A DNA stretch of 64,000 bases. Origin: Gammaproteobacteria bacterium (GTDB lineage: Bacteria > Pseudomonadota > Gammaproteobacteria > Steroidobacterales > UBA11654). The notes below the pieces were generated by a model. It was given only the letters and a program-made list of their open reading frames with translations. It was not told the origin of the DNA and did not search any database. The first letter of the stretch is position 1, and each line of letters opens with the position of its first letter. Location: assembly GCA_029941465.1 (NCBI GenBank), contig JAPYQN010000003.1:4513-68512 (forward strand). Reading direction: 5' to 3'. Both the position numbers and the translations under genes were made by a program. This document shows, piece after piece, positions 1-10,059 of this stretch.

Positions 1-342
1 GATTAAGATGTTACTTTCCATTAAATATTTATCAAGCATTTTTGATAGGGAAAAATAAACTTTTTTCTAGATTTATCTTTATGTCCTATTGAGCAACTAA
101 TTTTAGTTTAAAAGATATTTCTAAGCCTTTGAAATTCAATTAAATATAAAAAATAATATTAAAAAATATGTCCTATTAGGCATTTTTATAAATTTCCAAT
201 AAATTTCTATTCTTTGTTCTACTTTGCGCAAAGCAGTTTATTTTTATTAATTATTTTTTAGCTATTTTCTTTATAAAAATCAAACTTAGGTAAACATATC
301 TTAGAAAATCTAGTTTCAATAATCAGTTACAATAAGAGCACT

Positions 343-1107
343 ATGAAGGCTATTAATTCAATCGATCTTAATGCAGATTTAGGGGAGTTTAGAAATGAAG
401 GTGAATTTAGCAACGAGGTGGAACTTCTTCAATTAATTTCTTCGTGCAACATTGCTTGTGGTGGGCACGTTGGTGATAAATTGAGTGTGTCTAGAATTAT
501 TGAACATGCTAAAAAACTCAACGTGGCTATTGGAATACACCCCTCCTATCCAGATAAATTAGGCTTCGGCAGAAGGCCTATGGTAATTTCAGATAACAAA
601 CTTATAAAATCTCTACATCAACAAATCAGTGATTTTATGGAAGTGGCAAGTCAACACTCGGTTGCAGTTGGTCATATCAAAATGCATGGCCAACTTTATA
701 ACGATGCCTCAAAGAGCAAAAAGTTATGTGAGATGATTCTGAAGGTCATTAAAGAGTGTGACTTAACCCTTAAGATTGTCGGTCAATTTAATTCAGTGCT
801 TGAAGAAGTGTGCAATGAACACAACCAACCCTTTATAGCAGAAGCATTTATTGATCGACGTTATAACTCAGATTTGTCATTGGTTCAACGATCAAAGATC
901 AACGCTATGATTGATTCTGTGAATGAACAAGTTCTTCAAGCAAAACAAATTGTCATTAACCGTTCTATTATTGTTGATGACCACCCAATCGCAATTAGGG
1001 CTGAAACTTTATGTGTTCATGGGGATCATCCAGGTGCCTTAGCGTCATTAAGGCTGATACGATCAGCAATAGAAGCGGAAGGCATTGAGATTAAATACTA
1101 TGCTTAA
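343..1107 (+). CDS. pxpA: 5-oxoprolinase subunit A (LamB/YcsF family)
   Basis: 254-aa ORF with N-terminal DLNADLGE and CGGHVGD motifs typical of LamB/YcsF. PxpB- and PxpC-like genes follow directly. Confidence 0.85.
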   Translation: MKAINSIDLNADLGEFRNEGEFSNEVELLQLISSCNIACGGHVGDKLSVSRIIEHAKKLNVAIGIHPSYPDKLGFGRRPMVISDNKLIKSLHQQISDFMEVASQHSVAVGHIKMHGQLYNDASKSKKLCEMILKVIKECDLTLKIVGQFNSVLEEVCNEHNQPFIAEAFIDRRYNSDLSLVQRSKINAMIDSVNEQVLQAKQIVINRSIIVDDHPIAIRAETLCVHGDHPGALASLRLIRSAIEAEGIEIKYYA

Positions 1108-1789
1108 TCGTATTGAATTCTCAGTAAATAATTTTGCAGAAGATCTGATGCTAATCAAGTGCAAATCAGATGCTCTTAACCAAAACCCTTTAATTTTCTG
1201 GCAACTTTCTAAAACCTTGCTTGCCTCATTATCAGATATTGAAGTTATACCTGGTGAAGATTCTTTGGCTGTAAAAATAAATATTTTAAAGAAAACAAGA
1301 GTACAGCATCTGGCAGATCTCAAAAATTTATTGGGTACTTATCAGCCTGAAGTCACAGAAGAATCCAACAAATTAACAACCGTGCCTATTTGTTATGACG
1401 ATGAGTTTGCTCTCGATATGAATGACATCTCATTATCTAAAGGCATATCAAAGGCAGAGGTGATTAGTGCACATTGTGGAATTGAATATCAGGTCAAAAT
1501 GATTGGCTTTACACCAGGCTTCATCTATATCGGTGACTTATCGGATGAGTTGACTCTACCAAGACTAAAGACGCCGCGTGTTTTTGTGCCTTCGGGTTCA
1601 ATTGGTTTAGCCAATAAAAGAACTGGAATCTATTCTTTGGGTGGCCCTGGCGGTTGGTCAATCATTGGCAGAACACCCACTAATTTCTTTGATCCAAAAA
1701 AAGAAGATCCCTTATTAATTCAACCCGGCATGAGACTGAGATTTGAATCAATTACGAAAGAAGAATTTAGAAACATGTTAGGCAATTAA
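1100..1789 (+). CDS. pxpB: 5-oxoprolinase subunit B (KipI / allophanate hydrolase subunit 1 family)
   Basis: KipI-like sequence (FTPGF.Y.G, GGW.IIG). I prefer the ATG at 1100, which overlaps the pxpA stop by 8 nt, over the TTG at 1085 used by the ORF track. Confidence 0.8.
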   Translation: MLNRIEFSVNNFAEDLMLIKCKSDALNQNPLIFWQLSKTLLASLSDIEVIPGEDSLAVKINILKKTRVQHLADLKNLLGTYQPEVTEESNKLTTVPICYDDEFALDMNDISLSKGISKAEVISAHCGIEYQVKMIGFTPGFIYIGDLSDELTLPRLKTPRVFVPSGSIGLANKRTGIYSLGGPGGWSIIGRTPTNFFDPKKEDPLLIQPGMRLRFESITKEEFRNMLGN

Positions 1790-1790
1790 C

Positions 1791-2720
1791 ATGAAAGGCC
1801 TTGAAGTTATTTCATCAGGATTGATGACCACCGTCCAAGATCTAGGAAGAATAGGTTGGACTCAGATGGGAGTGCCAGTGTCTGGTGCAGCAGATCAATT
1901 CTCAGCAGCTTTAGCAAATGTTCTTTTAGGCAAAGATATCAATTCCCCGGTTCTTGAATGCACACTCTCTGGGCCTAAACTTAAATTACTGATTGATCAA
2001 CAGGTTGTAGTTACTGGTGCAAGGATGCAGGTCAAGATAAACAATAAGGTTGTTCCTCATAACACAGTCATCAATGCTGATGCTGGAAGTACTATTGGGA
2101 TTCAGTCAAGTAACTGTGGCTGCCGTTGCTATGTTGCCTTTTCAAATGACATGGAGGTCACTAAATTTCTAGGCAGTGTCTCAACCTATGTGCCTGGGAA
2201 ACTAGGAGGTATAAACGGAAGAGCCCTAAAGAAAGGCGACACGATTAGCTTTAATAGTATTGATACGAATTTAATAAAATCAAGCCATGGAGCTTTACCG
2301 CAATACTATAATTCTTGGTTAATAAAAGTAACTGAAGGTCCAGAGTTCAAGCGACTGAGTTCGCACACAAAAGACAACATAGAAAACATCGAATATGTGA
2401 TCAGTAATGATTCCAACCGTATGGGAATTAGACTTGAGGGGCCAACCCTAGAGATCAATGAAAGCGGTGAAATGATTAGTGGTCCTGTGTTTACAGGAAC
2501 CATTCAATGTCCTGGAAATGGCCTACCAATTTTGTTGGGGCCTGACGCGCAGACCCTGGGCGGTTACCCAAGAATTTTTCAAGTAGCTAAAGTTGATCGA
2601 TTTTTGATCGGTCAAATGCGACCTGGGGACCAGCTAAAATTTAAGCGGATTAAGATAGAGGAGGCTGAAAAACTTTGGCTAGATAGGGTGTTAAGTTTTC
2701 CATTTCTTTCTAAGATATAA
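1791..2720 (+). CDS. pxpC: 5-oxoprolinase subunit C (KipA / allophanate hydrolase subunit 2 family)
   Basis: 309-aa ORF starting 1 nt after pxpB. KipA-like features (QDLGR.G, SNDSNRMGIRL, GGYP) and operon context. Confidence 0.8.
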   Translation: MKGLEVISSGLMTTVQDLGRIGWTQMGVPVSGAADQFSAALANVLLGKDINSPVLECTLSGPKLKLLIDQQVVVTGARMQVKINNKVVPHNTVINADAGSTIGIQSSNCGCRCYVAFSNDMEVTKFLGSVSTYVPGKLGGINGRALKKGDTISFNSIDTNLIKSSHGALPQYYNSWLIKVTEGPEFKRLSSHTKDNIENIEYVISNDSNRMGIRLEGPTLEINESGEMISGPVFTGTIQCPGNGLPILLGPDAQTLGGYPRIFQVAKVDRFLIGQMRPGDQLKFKRIKIEEAEKLWLDRVLSFPFLSKI

Positions 2721-2732
2721 TGTGATTAGAGT

Positions 2733-2809
2733 GCGCCTGTAGCTCAGCTGGATAGAGTACCTGGCTTCGAACCAGGTGGTCGGGGGTTCGAATCCCTCCG
2801 GGCGCGCCA
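2733..2809 (+). tRNA. tRNA-Arg (anticodon UCG)
   Basis: Hand-folded 77-nt cloverleaf. Acceptor stem GCGCCTG/CGGGCGC, anticodon stem CCTGG/CCAGG with loop CTTCGAA (anticodon TCG), T-arm GGGGG-TTCGAAT-CCCTC, encoded CCA end. Closely resembles E. coli tRNA-Arg. Confidence 0.9.
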
Positions 2810-2833
2810 TAGTTTAATAAGAAGGAGAAGACA

Positions 2834-3397
2834 GTGAGTAACGCACACCCTTGGTTAGAAGACATTCCATGGACAACTAAACCGCTTCCTAGAGAACAAT
2901 TAGAAGAAAGGATTCAACGTGTATTAACCTTTACAAATCTAGGCATGTTAGGAACCTTAGGATTAAATGGGCCTATTGTAAGTCCTCTTGAATTTTATGC
3001 TGATGGACTAAGTGTTTATATTTTTCCACAGTCAGGAAGCCCAAAACTAAAAGCCATGGAAAGAGATCCAAGAGTCTCTTTTGCAGTAGCTAATCCTATG
3101 GCAGGGTGGGTCGCTGCAAATGGAGCTCAGTTGTTTGGTAAAGCTGCTTTATTAGAACCTGGAACCGAAGAATGGGAATACGGAATGACTATTTTTAGGT
3201 GGGAATCTTCAGCCGCTGAAATTAACACTGGTTTTGATGCTCCCCCACAAGGTAAATTGATGAGACTTGATCCTGATCGAATTGTCTACACTGAACACTT
3301 TCTGAGAAAAGACGGCTACGGACCAAGACAAATTTGGCGTAGAGATGAAAAAAATGAACAGGCCTCAGATGGGCTTACGGAAGCTCAGAAAACCTAA
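2834..3397 (+). CDS. pyridoxamine 5'-phosphate oxidase-like FMN/F420-binding split-barrel protein
   Basis: GTG start preceded by AAGGAGAAG. 187 aa with a PNPOx-like pattern (RVSFAV... LFGKAALL). The flavin versus deazaflavin cofactor cannot be decided by eye. Confidence 0.55.
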   Translation: MSNAHPWLEDIPWTTKPLPREQLEERIQRVLTFTNLGMLGTLGLNGPIVSPLEFYADGLSVYIFPQSGSPKLKAMERDPRVSFAVANPMAGWVAANGAQLFGKAALLEPGTEEWEYGMTIFRWESSAAEINTGFDAPPQGKLMRLDPDRIVYTEHFLRKDGYGPRQIWRRDEKNEQASDGLTEAQKT

Positions 3398-3425
3398 GAT
3401 TTTGCAAATCAAATAACCACAATTC

Positions 3426-4442
3426 TCAGAAGGACGTTAGAAAAGAGGCAGCGTTGCCACCTGTGGTTTCACCTTTTCTAGCAGCGATTAAATAGTTTTT
3501 ACCGCTGGGTGCATTATCGTCATGGTTACCATAAATTCTTATTACACGATTGTTATGAAAAATCTTCAATTGGGATAAAAACGGCACGACATTTTCCGGG
3601 CTCTCACCAAATAGTTCTCGATGCTTCTTAGGCAGACGATACCACGGGATGGTCATATTATGATGATGAGCATTGTGAAAACCAAAATTCAAGGTTAACC
3701 AGTTGACCGCTTCTATATCAAATGAATGCGGGTTACTAAATGTGTGTTCTTGTTCCCATTCATATTGACCTTTCCTAGGCGCTTTATCACGACTAAAAAG
3801 AGTTAAATTATAGGGATAATCATGCTGAATGGAATCCATAAAACGCAACACAGTTAGCAATAGAATATAAGAAAAAATATACAACACTCCAACTTTCGGG
3901 AATAGCAACATGAGTATCGCAAATAAAGAAAATCGTATGATAATAACTGCAGTATTTCTAGAACGCTGGTTTTTTCTTTGAGGAATAATAAATGAAGAAA
4001 ACGTCATAATAAAATGCATAATAAATTCATGAGCAGGGATATAGAACCATTCCAATATTTTGGTTAATTGAAATAATTTAGGGTTCTCTTCAAAAAAGGC
4101 TTCATAGTCAAACCACACCACATCGTCATTATCAACATGATGTCTAAAGTGTTTGTATTGGATATCTTCAAATGTCCCATAAGAAGAACCACAAATCCAA
4201 CTTAAGAAACGACCAAGATAGGTGTTCAATCTAATTTTTTTAAAAACTAAATTATGCGAACATTCATGAACTAAATAAGCCGCTATAATCATTGCGTGAC
4301 CTAATAGCAGGGCCGCAAGGGCGTTAATAATAATACTGCTATTGAATAGACCTAAAAACCCTATGACATAGGCGGTGATTGCATAGAGAGTCGCCCCTCC
4401 ATTATAAATAATGCCTTCTGGCTCTTTAAAATTTTTTTGCAT
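3426..4442 (-). CDS. membrane fatty-acid desaturase family protein
   Basis: Three histidine boxes (HECSH, HFRHH, HNAHHH) separated by hydrophobic segments. Confidence 0.75.
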   Translation of the reverse strand: MQKNFKEPEGIIYNGGATLYAITAYVIGFLGLFNSSIIINALAALLLGHAMIIAAYLVHECSHNLVFKKIRLNTYLGRFLSWICGSSYGTFEDIQYKHFRHHVDNDDVVWFDYEAFFEENPKLFQLTKILEWFYIPAHEFIMHFIMTFSSFIIPQRKNQRSRNTAVIIIRFSLFAILMLLFPKVGVLYIFSYILLLTVLRFMDSIQHDYPYNLTLFSRDKAPRKGQYEWEQEHTFSNPHSFDIEAVNWLTLNFGFHNAHHHNMTIPWYRLPKKHRELFGESPENVVPFLSQLKIFHNNRVIRIYGNHDDNAPSGKNYLIAARKGETTGGNAASFLTSF

Positions 4443-4494
4443 TATCTCTATTATGAAAAAAAATCCATGAAATAGGAAAATTATTATCTATTGA

Positions 4495-5721
4495 CTAATT
4501 TTTATTCTTATCGGTTATTTGGTTTTCATTTTCAGTAACATTGACAAACTGGAAGTAAATACCTAATACAATGGCAATCAATCCTCCATAGTAAAAAGGG
4601 TATGTTGGATCAATATTGTATAAGACGGTCCCAAGTGGCGGTCCAAATATCATGCCAACAACCGGTGCTGCTGATAAGAAACCTGCAACCTCGCCTTGCT
4701 CAGAAGATTCAACACTTAGAGTTGCAGCAGAATTTAATCCCGGCGTGATCATACTAAAGGCGACCCCTATACCAGCAAAAGCAAGATAGAACTGGGTTAG
4801 ATTGCTAACAAAACTTATTGATATGAGCACCGCACCAAAGACAAGAAAGCATATCCTAAGAAGTGTTGTCGGTTTGAAATGAATTATTTGTAAAACCACA
4901 GCTTGCATAAAAGTGGTCGTGAGTGCCATTGACAGCAAGGAGATACTGGTGGCTTTAATAATCTCACGCTGGCTGATTACACCCAATTGATCTTCAATAA
5001 AAAATGCCGCAATAACTTGTGTTGAGGTAAAAACTAAAAAGGCAATGGCCCACCCAATGAGATAAGGGAATATTCTATTATCATAGAATTTAAGTGTACT
5101 TTTGTTAATTGGGGCAGGTTCAATGTTTGTTTGTTGTAAATATTTCATAGCAAGAAGACCGCCAATGATTGCTATAACTGCTCCAAAATACATTGGAAAC
5201 AGTGGATGTATAAAGGAAAACCCACCACCAATAACTGGTCCTATCATGGTGCCAATCCCGGCAGCCATGCCAATTAAGGCCATGCCTTGAGCTCTTTTTG
5301 AGGTTTCAGTGGTGTCGGAAATATAAGCAACTGCAGCCGGTTGAATGCCTCCAATTAAAGCCCCATAGAAGATTCGTATCAGTAAGAGCATTATGAAGAG
5401 ATATAACGGTTCAAGCAGTTTCCAAAGACCGATTTGAATGCCAAAAGCAAAGACCGTATAGGCTATCGCGTATGAAAACAAACCAATAATAAACACTCTT
5501 TTTCGTCCTATAATCTGACTTCGTTTACCCCAGTAATACGAGGAGAAAACAAGAGTGACATTAGAAATAGCTATGAGCACTCCAAATTGATTTGTGGATA
5601 GACCTATGCTTCTAGACAGAGGTGCAAAAATAACATAAAGCAATGAAAACCCGGTTCCGTATATCACTAAACCTAAAATCAATATGATTTTATCAAGACC
5701 TAATTTATTCTCGGAAGTCAT
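4495..5721 (-). CDS. MFS transporter
   Basis: About 12 hydrophobic helices and a GxxSDxxGRK/R-like loop (WGKRSQIIGRKR). I place the start at ATG 5721, which forms an ATGA overlap with the stop of the upstream DUF1244 gene. The ORF-track start at 5790 lies inside that gene. Confidence 0.75.
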   Translation of the reverse strand: MTSENKLGLDKIILILGLVIYGTGFSLLYVIFAPLSRSIGLSTNQFGVLIAISNVTLVFSSYYWGKRSQIIGRKRVFIIGLFSYAIAYTVFAFGIQIGLWKLLEPLYLFIMLLLIRIFYGALIGGIQPAAVAYISDTTETSKRAQGMALIGMAAGIGTMIGPVIGGGFSFIHPLFPMYFGAVIAIIGGLLAMKYLQQTNIEPAPINKSTLKFYDNRIFPYLIGWAIAFLVFTSTQVIAAFFIEDQLGVISQREIIKATSISLLSMALTTTFMQAVVLQIIHFKPTTLLRICFLVFGAVLISISFVSNLTQFYLAFAGIGVAFSMITPGLNSAATLSVESSEQGEVAGFLSAAPVVGMIFGPPLGTVLYNIDPTYPFYYGGLIAIVLGIYFQFVNVTENENQITDKNKN

Positions 5722-6005
5722 TTTTTTTGTTTGTCTTGCATAGCGTCCAGTTGTTCTTGGGTAGCCGGCTTTTGATATTTTTTCTTCCATTCGGCATAGT
5801 CCATCCCATATATTTTTGCCCTTGCAGTCTCTTGATCAGTGGGGTGTCCTATTGCTGAAGCTTCCTCAACATACCATTTGCTTAAGCAATTCCGACAGAA
5901 ACCAGCAAGGTTCATTAAATCTATGTTTTGAAGAGCTGTTTCTTTTTTAAGATGATTCACTAATCTTCTGAAGATGGCAGCTTCGATTTCTGTGTCTTTA
6001 GTCAT
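5718..6005 (-). CDS. DUF1244-family small protein
   Basis: 95 aa. The segment QNIDLMNLAGFCRNCLSKWY matches my recollection of the DUF1244 signature. Confidence 0.6.
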   Translation of the reverse strand: MTKDTEIEAAIFRRLVNHLKKETALQNIDLMNLAGFCRNCLSKWYVEEASAIGHPTDQETARAKIYGMDYAEWKKKYQKPATQEQLDAMQDKQKK

Positions 6006-6090
6006 GCTAGCTTAACAATTTTGGATGATATCTAAACACAATATCCTTTAGAATAGTATTATATTCTTCCTAAATAATACGACTAGAATT

Positions 6091-7272
6091 ATGAATGATT
6101 CACTACGACCATTGTCAGGTATAAAAGTTATAGAAATGACCCATATGGTTATGGGGCCTGCGGTTGGGGTCATCCTAGGAGATTTAGGTGCTGATGTTAT
6201 AAAAATTGAACCGCTTACAGGCGATAAAACCAGAAAACTAAAAGCCTCAGGTTCAGGTTATTTCTTAACTTATAATCGCAATAAAAGAAGTTTAGCCTTG
6301 GACGTAAAAACTCCTGAGGGAAAAGATATTGTTTTAAAATTATTATCTGGTGCTGACGTGTTTATCGAGAATTTTAGGCCGGGTGCCATGGATAATTTAG
6401 GGTTCAGTTACTCCGAGTTAGAAAAAACCAACCCTGGATTAATTTATTGTTCTGCCAAAGGCTTTCTAAATGGCCCTTATCAACACCGAACTGCTCTCGA
6501 TGAGGTGGCTCAAATGATGGGAGGATTGGCCTACATGACAGGCCCTCCCGGCAGACCTTTAAGAGCAGGTTCTTCGGTTATTGATATTATGGGCGGCATG
6601 TATGGTGTGATTGCAATTTTGGCGGCATTAGAGGAACGTCATCGTACTAAACAAGGCCAGAAGGTTACCAGTGCCTTATTTGAGAATGTTGTGTATTTAA
6701 TGGGGCAGCATATGGCACAAACTGCCACCACTGGCTCAGCCCCTCCACCAATGTCAGTGAGAGTACCTGCCTGGGCTGTCTATGATATTTTCGAAACCAA
6801 AGGCGATGATCAAATATTTGTTGGGGTAGTAAGCGATAGCCAATGGAAGATATTTTGTGAATCTTTTGGGCTAACAGATTTTATCTCTGATAAAAACATG
6901 GGAGTTAATAGTGGAAGAGTTGAAAAAAGAGATGTCATTATTCCTGTATTGCAAAAACTCTTTAAAACCTATACTAAAGTTGAATTGATGGAAAAACTTG
7001 AAAAAACCGGCCTACCTTTTGCCCCAATCAACACCCCTGAAGATTTATTTAACGATCCACATTTAAATGTATCGGGTGGGTTATTAGATATAGATATTCC
7101 TGATGGAGGGTCAACCAAGCTACCAGCAATGCCTATCGAGATGAATGATCGCCGATTTGGTGTGCATCACCAAGCTCCCAGAATTGGTGAACATTCACAC
7201 GAAATATTAAGGGAGCTAGGCTTTGATGAATTAGTGATTGAGAGTTTATATAAGAAAGACATTTTCTCTTAG
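6091..7272 (+). CDS. family III CoA-transferase (CaiB/BaiF type)
   Basis: 393 aa. N-terminal L.G.KV.E......GP..G..L.D.GA.VIK.E pattern and family-typical length. Confidence 0.8.
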   Translation: MNDSLRPLSGIKVIEMTHMVMGPAVGVILGDLGADVIKIEPLTGDKTRKLKASGSGYFLTYNRNKRSLALDVKTPEGKDIVLKLLSGADVFIENFRPGAMDNLGFSYSELEKTNPGLIYCSAKGFLNGPYQHRTALDEVAQMMGGLAYMTGPPGRPLRAGSSVIDIMGGMYGVIAILAALEERHRTKQGQKVTSALFENVVYLMGQHMAQTATTGSAPPPMSVRVPAWAVYDIFETKGDDQIFVGVVSDSQWKIFCESFGLTDFISDKNMGVNSGRVEKRDVIIPVLQKLFKTYTKVELMEKLEKTGLPFAPINTPEDLFNDPHLNVSGGLLDIDIPDGGSTKLPAMPIEMNDRRFGVHHQAPRIGEHSHEILRELGFDELVIESLYKKDIFS

Positions 7273-8618
7273 TTTGAATCAACTATCGTCGGTTGTTTTC
7301 GAAAATAATTTAGTGACTTAAATCCTGCATAAGTACCTATTAAACCTACAACCAAAGAAACAATGGATATTGAATAGGTAATCAAGCTCTCATCTTTAAA
7401 AACAAAATCAGTGATCAAGGCCACACTGGTTGGTCCTAATGTATAGCCTGTCAGACTAATTATAAAGAAATAGACAGCAGTAACTTGTCCCCTAATTTGG
7501 TTGGGAGTGATGTTTATCATTGCAACCGGCGCCAATGCTGTTTGTCCAGCAGCCATTATAATTTGTGGCATGAACATTAGTGTTGCTGTTTGGTAGCTTG
7601 GCATTAATGGAACCAATGTAGCTGCAACAGTGAGGACAATCATACTGTATGCAAATAACATCACATGAGAGCTATTATTATATTTTGTATAAAGTTTATC
7701 TCCCAACCAACCACCCATGGTAGCTCCAAGGGGGCCACCTACTAGAAAAGCAACGCCTAGCCAAAGTGTGATGGTGGATATGGATACATCATATGCACGC
7801 ATGTACATTGTTGGTAACCAAGAAAGGAATGCATAACCCATCAAGACAGAGCATGCCATTGATAAGAAAAGCCATCCATAAGCTTCTTTTCTTTCGTATA
7901 TAAATCGGATGGTTTCTTTAATGGATATCTCTTCACTTGTATCACCACTTTTAGTAAGAATCTTCATCTTTCCTTTCCTAGAAGGTTCTTTGATTGTGGT
8001 CATTAGTAAAGCAACGAGTAAACCTGGAATACCTATGCATATAAATAGTACCTGCCATTCATAGATCTGCCCAACTATAGGTAGAATGATAGGTGGAAAG
8101 TCAGCAAAATAAGCAACAATTTGCCCACCAAGAATTAGTGCAATACCTGATCCTACTGATACTCCCATATTAAAAAAGCCCATTGCAGTTCCCCTTTTTT
8201 CCTTAGGAAAGTAATCACTTATTATTGATAAGGCACTTGGACTTAAAGTTGCTTCACCTACACCAACCCCAACCCTTGCAATGAATAGTTGCAGGTACGT
8301 TTTAATAATTCCTGTAGCAGCGGTCATTAAACACCAAACACTTATTCCAATTCCAATAATTGTTTTTCTGCTCTTTTTATCAGCAAGTCTTCCAATTGGA
8401 ATTCCCATGGTTGTGTAAAAAAGAGCAAACGCGAACCCCAGAATAATACTCATTTGACTATCAGTTAATTCGAGGTCAGTTTTTATATCTGTGACCACTA
8501 GAGACAGTAATTGTCTATCAAGAAAAGACAACACATAAGCAAGTGTCAATATAACCACCCCATACCAGGCTTGAGTGTGCGAAGGGTATGAACCTAATTC
8601 ATTTTTATCAGGCGTCAT
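7269..8618 (-). CDS. MFS transporter
   Basis: 449 aa, 12 predicted helices, D-R-x-x-R-like loop (GRLADKKSRK). Last gene of a tightly packed six-gene minus-strand operon. Confidence 0.8.
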   Translation of the reverse strand: MTPDKNELGSYPSHTQAWYGVVILTLAYVLSFLDRQLLSLVVTDIKTDLELTDSQMSIILGFAFALFYTTMGIPIGRLADKKSRKTIIGIGISVWCLMTAATGIIKTYLQLFIARVGVGVGEATLSPSALSIISDYFPKEKRGTAMGFFNMGVSVGSGIALILGGQIVAYFADFPPIILPIVGQIYEWQVLFICIGIPGLLVALLMTTIKEPSRKGKMKILTKSGDTSEEISIKETIRFIYERKEAYGWLFLSMACSVLMGYAFLSWLPTMYMRAYDVSISTITLWLGVAFLVGGPLGATMGGWLGDKLYTKYNNSSHVMLFAYSMIVLTVAATLVPLMPSYQTATLMFMPQIIMAAGQTALAPVAMINITPNQIRGQVTAVYFFIISLTGYTLGPTSVALITDFVFKDESLITYSISIVSLVVGLIGTYAGFKSLNYFRKQPTIVDSN

Positions 8619-8628
8619 TTGAACCTGA

Positions 8629-9501
8629 TTATTCTTCTAGAGCTGGAGCAGGCGTTTGTTCTCTTGAGTAATATTCTAGACTTGAAATACTTGGACCATA
8701 ATCTTCTGTAGGAGCAGCCAACATTCCAGGATATCTTTCTTCTGAAAATTTCCTAATATGTTCAGGAATAATTTCAATATTGTCTGACTTTAGCATGGTG
8801 CTCATGTAGAGGCAGTGACCAGGAGTTTTACCCATCAGCATCCAAGGAAGCCAAGGAGTTATTCTATTCCATGTGCCCGTATAATTGACTGAGGTTAATT
8901 CTGGATTTTCTAAGTCTTTTGCTGAAACAAAATAGCGCATCATTTCTGATACTTGAGCCATTTCGCCTGACGATTCTCTTACCCATTTGTCAGGTTGTAA
9001 TGCATTTGGGTAGTGTAAGTGCATGTCAGTATTTAGAGTAATAACATCACCCGATCGTTTCCAAGGAAAAAGCAAAGGAATCTTTCTTGGTTCTCCTTTT
9101 TTTCCTCCTCCAAAGTCTTCCGGGGCAAGTATGAGCCATTCTGAGATTGTATAGTTGAAAGGGTCATTCGCCACATGAACAACTTTCACCTCTTCATCGG
9201 TCCACGGGTTAGTCCATTCGTCTATCATTTGCCCTGTTCTTGAGTCGGTATAAAAGATAACTTCTTTATTTAATCGTCTGATACTCCCGTCTTCTGCTGC
9301 CGGCATTAAGCGAGTGCATAAGAAAGTTTCAAACCCGCACAGTTGTTTAACTGCTTCACCTGGTCTTACCCCCAATATTTGTCCAGTCGTATAGCAGATT
9401 GATTCTTTTTCTGAATCTAGATCAGCTTGAATTCTTGCCCAAGCATCTCGATTCCAGGTGTTGGATTGGAAATTGATTTCAGTTTCAAATTTTACTCCCA
9501 T
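8629..9501 (-). CDS. DUF1838-like protein of unknown function
   Basis: 290 aa with no signal peptide. The block YTDSRTGQMIDEWTNPWTDEEVKVVHVANDP resembles the remembered DUF1838 pattern. Assignment is from memory only. Confidence 0.45.
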   Translation of the reverse strand: MGVKFETEINFQSNTWNRDAWARIQADLDSEKESICYTTGQILGVRPGEAVKQLCGFETFLCTRLMPAAEDGSIRRLNKEVIFYTDSRTGQMIDEWTNPWTDEEVKVVHVANDPFNYTISEWLILAPEDFGGGKKGEPRKIPLLFPWKRSGDVITLNTDMHLHYPNALQPDKWVRESSGEMAQVSEMMRYFVSAKDLENPELTSVNYTGTWNRITPWLPWMLMGKTPGHCLYMSTMLKSDNIEIIPEHIRKFSEERYPGMLAAPTEDYGPSISSLEYYSREQTPAPALEE

Positions 9502-9514
9502 TTTAGTCTCCTTA

Positions 9515-10054
9515 TTATTGTGATTCTCTGATCAAGTAGTTAATTATCAATTGTCTAGTCTCAGGGTCTTTAATACCCTCGAGTCTCATCCTGTTTGCAG
9601 GAATATAATTCTCAGGATCTGATATGAAAGCATCGATTGTTTCTGGTGTCCAGACCAATCCGTTGTTACGCATTTCTATTAATGACTGCGAATAGGTGAA
9701 ATTTTCACCCACCGCAGCTGGCTTACCAAGAATCCTATATAAACTAGGTGCCATTCTAGCTCGATCATCTTCCCTAAGGGAGTGACAGAACCTACATTTC
9801 CCGCCTTCCCAACTATCAAATGCTTGTTTTTCTAGTAACTTGTCTTCTTCAGTTGCTTGATCAATATGCAAATCATAGTAGTTGGGAAGATCTAACTCCT
9901 TGACCAAGTTCTCAATCTTATCTTCAGACAGATTAACTTGTGTAGCAAAAGGGAAGGCACCAAAGATTAAATAAGGTAAATAACTTGCTACAGCAAATAA
10001 AATCACTACCAATAACCAGTGTGTTGCTCTTGCATTAATAAAGTAGCTTCTCAT
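9515..10054 (-). CDS. membrane-anchored class I (c2-type) cytochrome c
   Basis: N-terminal TM helix and a single CxxCH site (CRFCH). The downstream pattern YS....W......F...P...IP..RM matches mitochondrial-type cytochrome c. Confidence 0.75.
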   Translation of the reverse strand: MRSYFINARATHWLLVVILFAVASYLPYLIFGAFPFATQVNLSEDKIENLVKELDLPNYYDLHIDQATEEDKLLEKQAFDSWEGGKCRFCHSLREDDRARMAPSLYRILGKPAAVGENFTYSQSLIEMRNNGLVWTPETIDAFISDPENYIPANRMRLEGIKDPETRQLIINYLIRESQ

Positions 10055-10059
10055 GGTTG

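Noticed and set aside
1063-1323. Many 60-157-aa ORFs in the supplied track lie antisense to, or out of frame within, larger genes. Examples: 1063-1323, 2306-2503, 5102-5290, 11373-12026, 13660-13875, 14363-14551, 15497-15691, 17016-17252, 19602-20615, 22397-24355, 24657-25015, 26767-27161, 28165-28398, 28547-28732, 29382-29567, 30493-30939, 31287-32858, 33594-33812, 36011-36316, 37767-38437, 40067-40796, 41615-41800, 42108-42842, 44434-44769, 46540-46917, 49586-49969, 51247-51537, 51914-52922, 55002-55462, 55645-55860, 58191-58421, 61690-61917, 63591-63779.
   Set aside because: Each is fully embedded in a longer ORF with clear family motifs on the other strand or frame. They have low-complexity or odd composition and no recognisable motifs, so I treat them as spurious.
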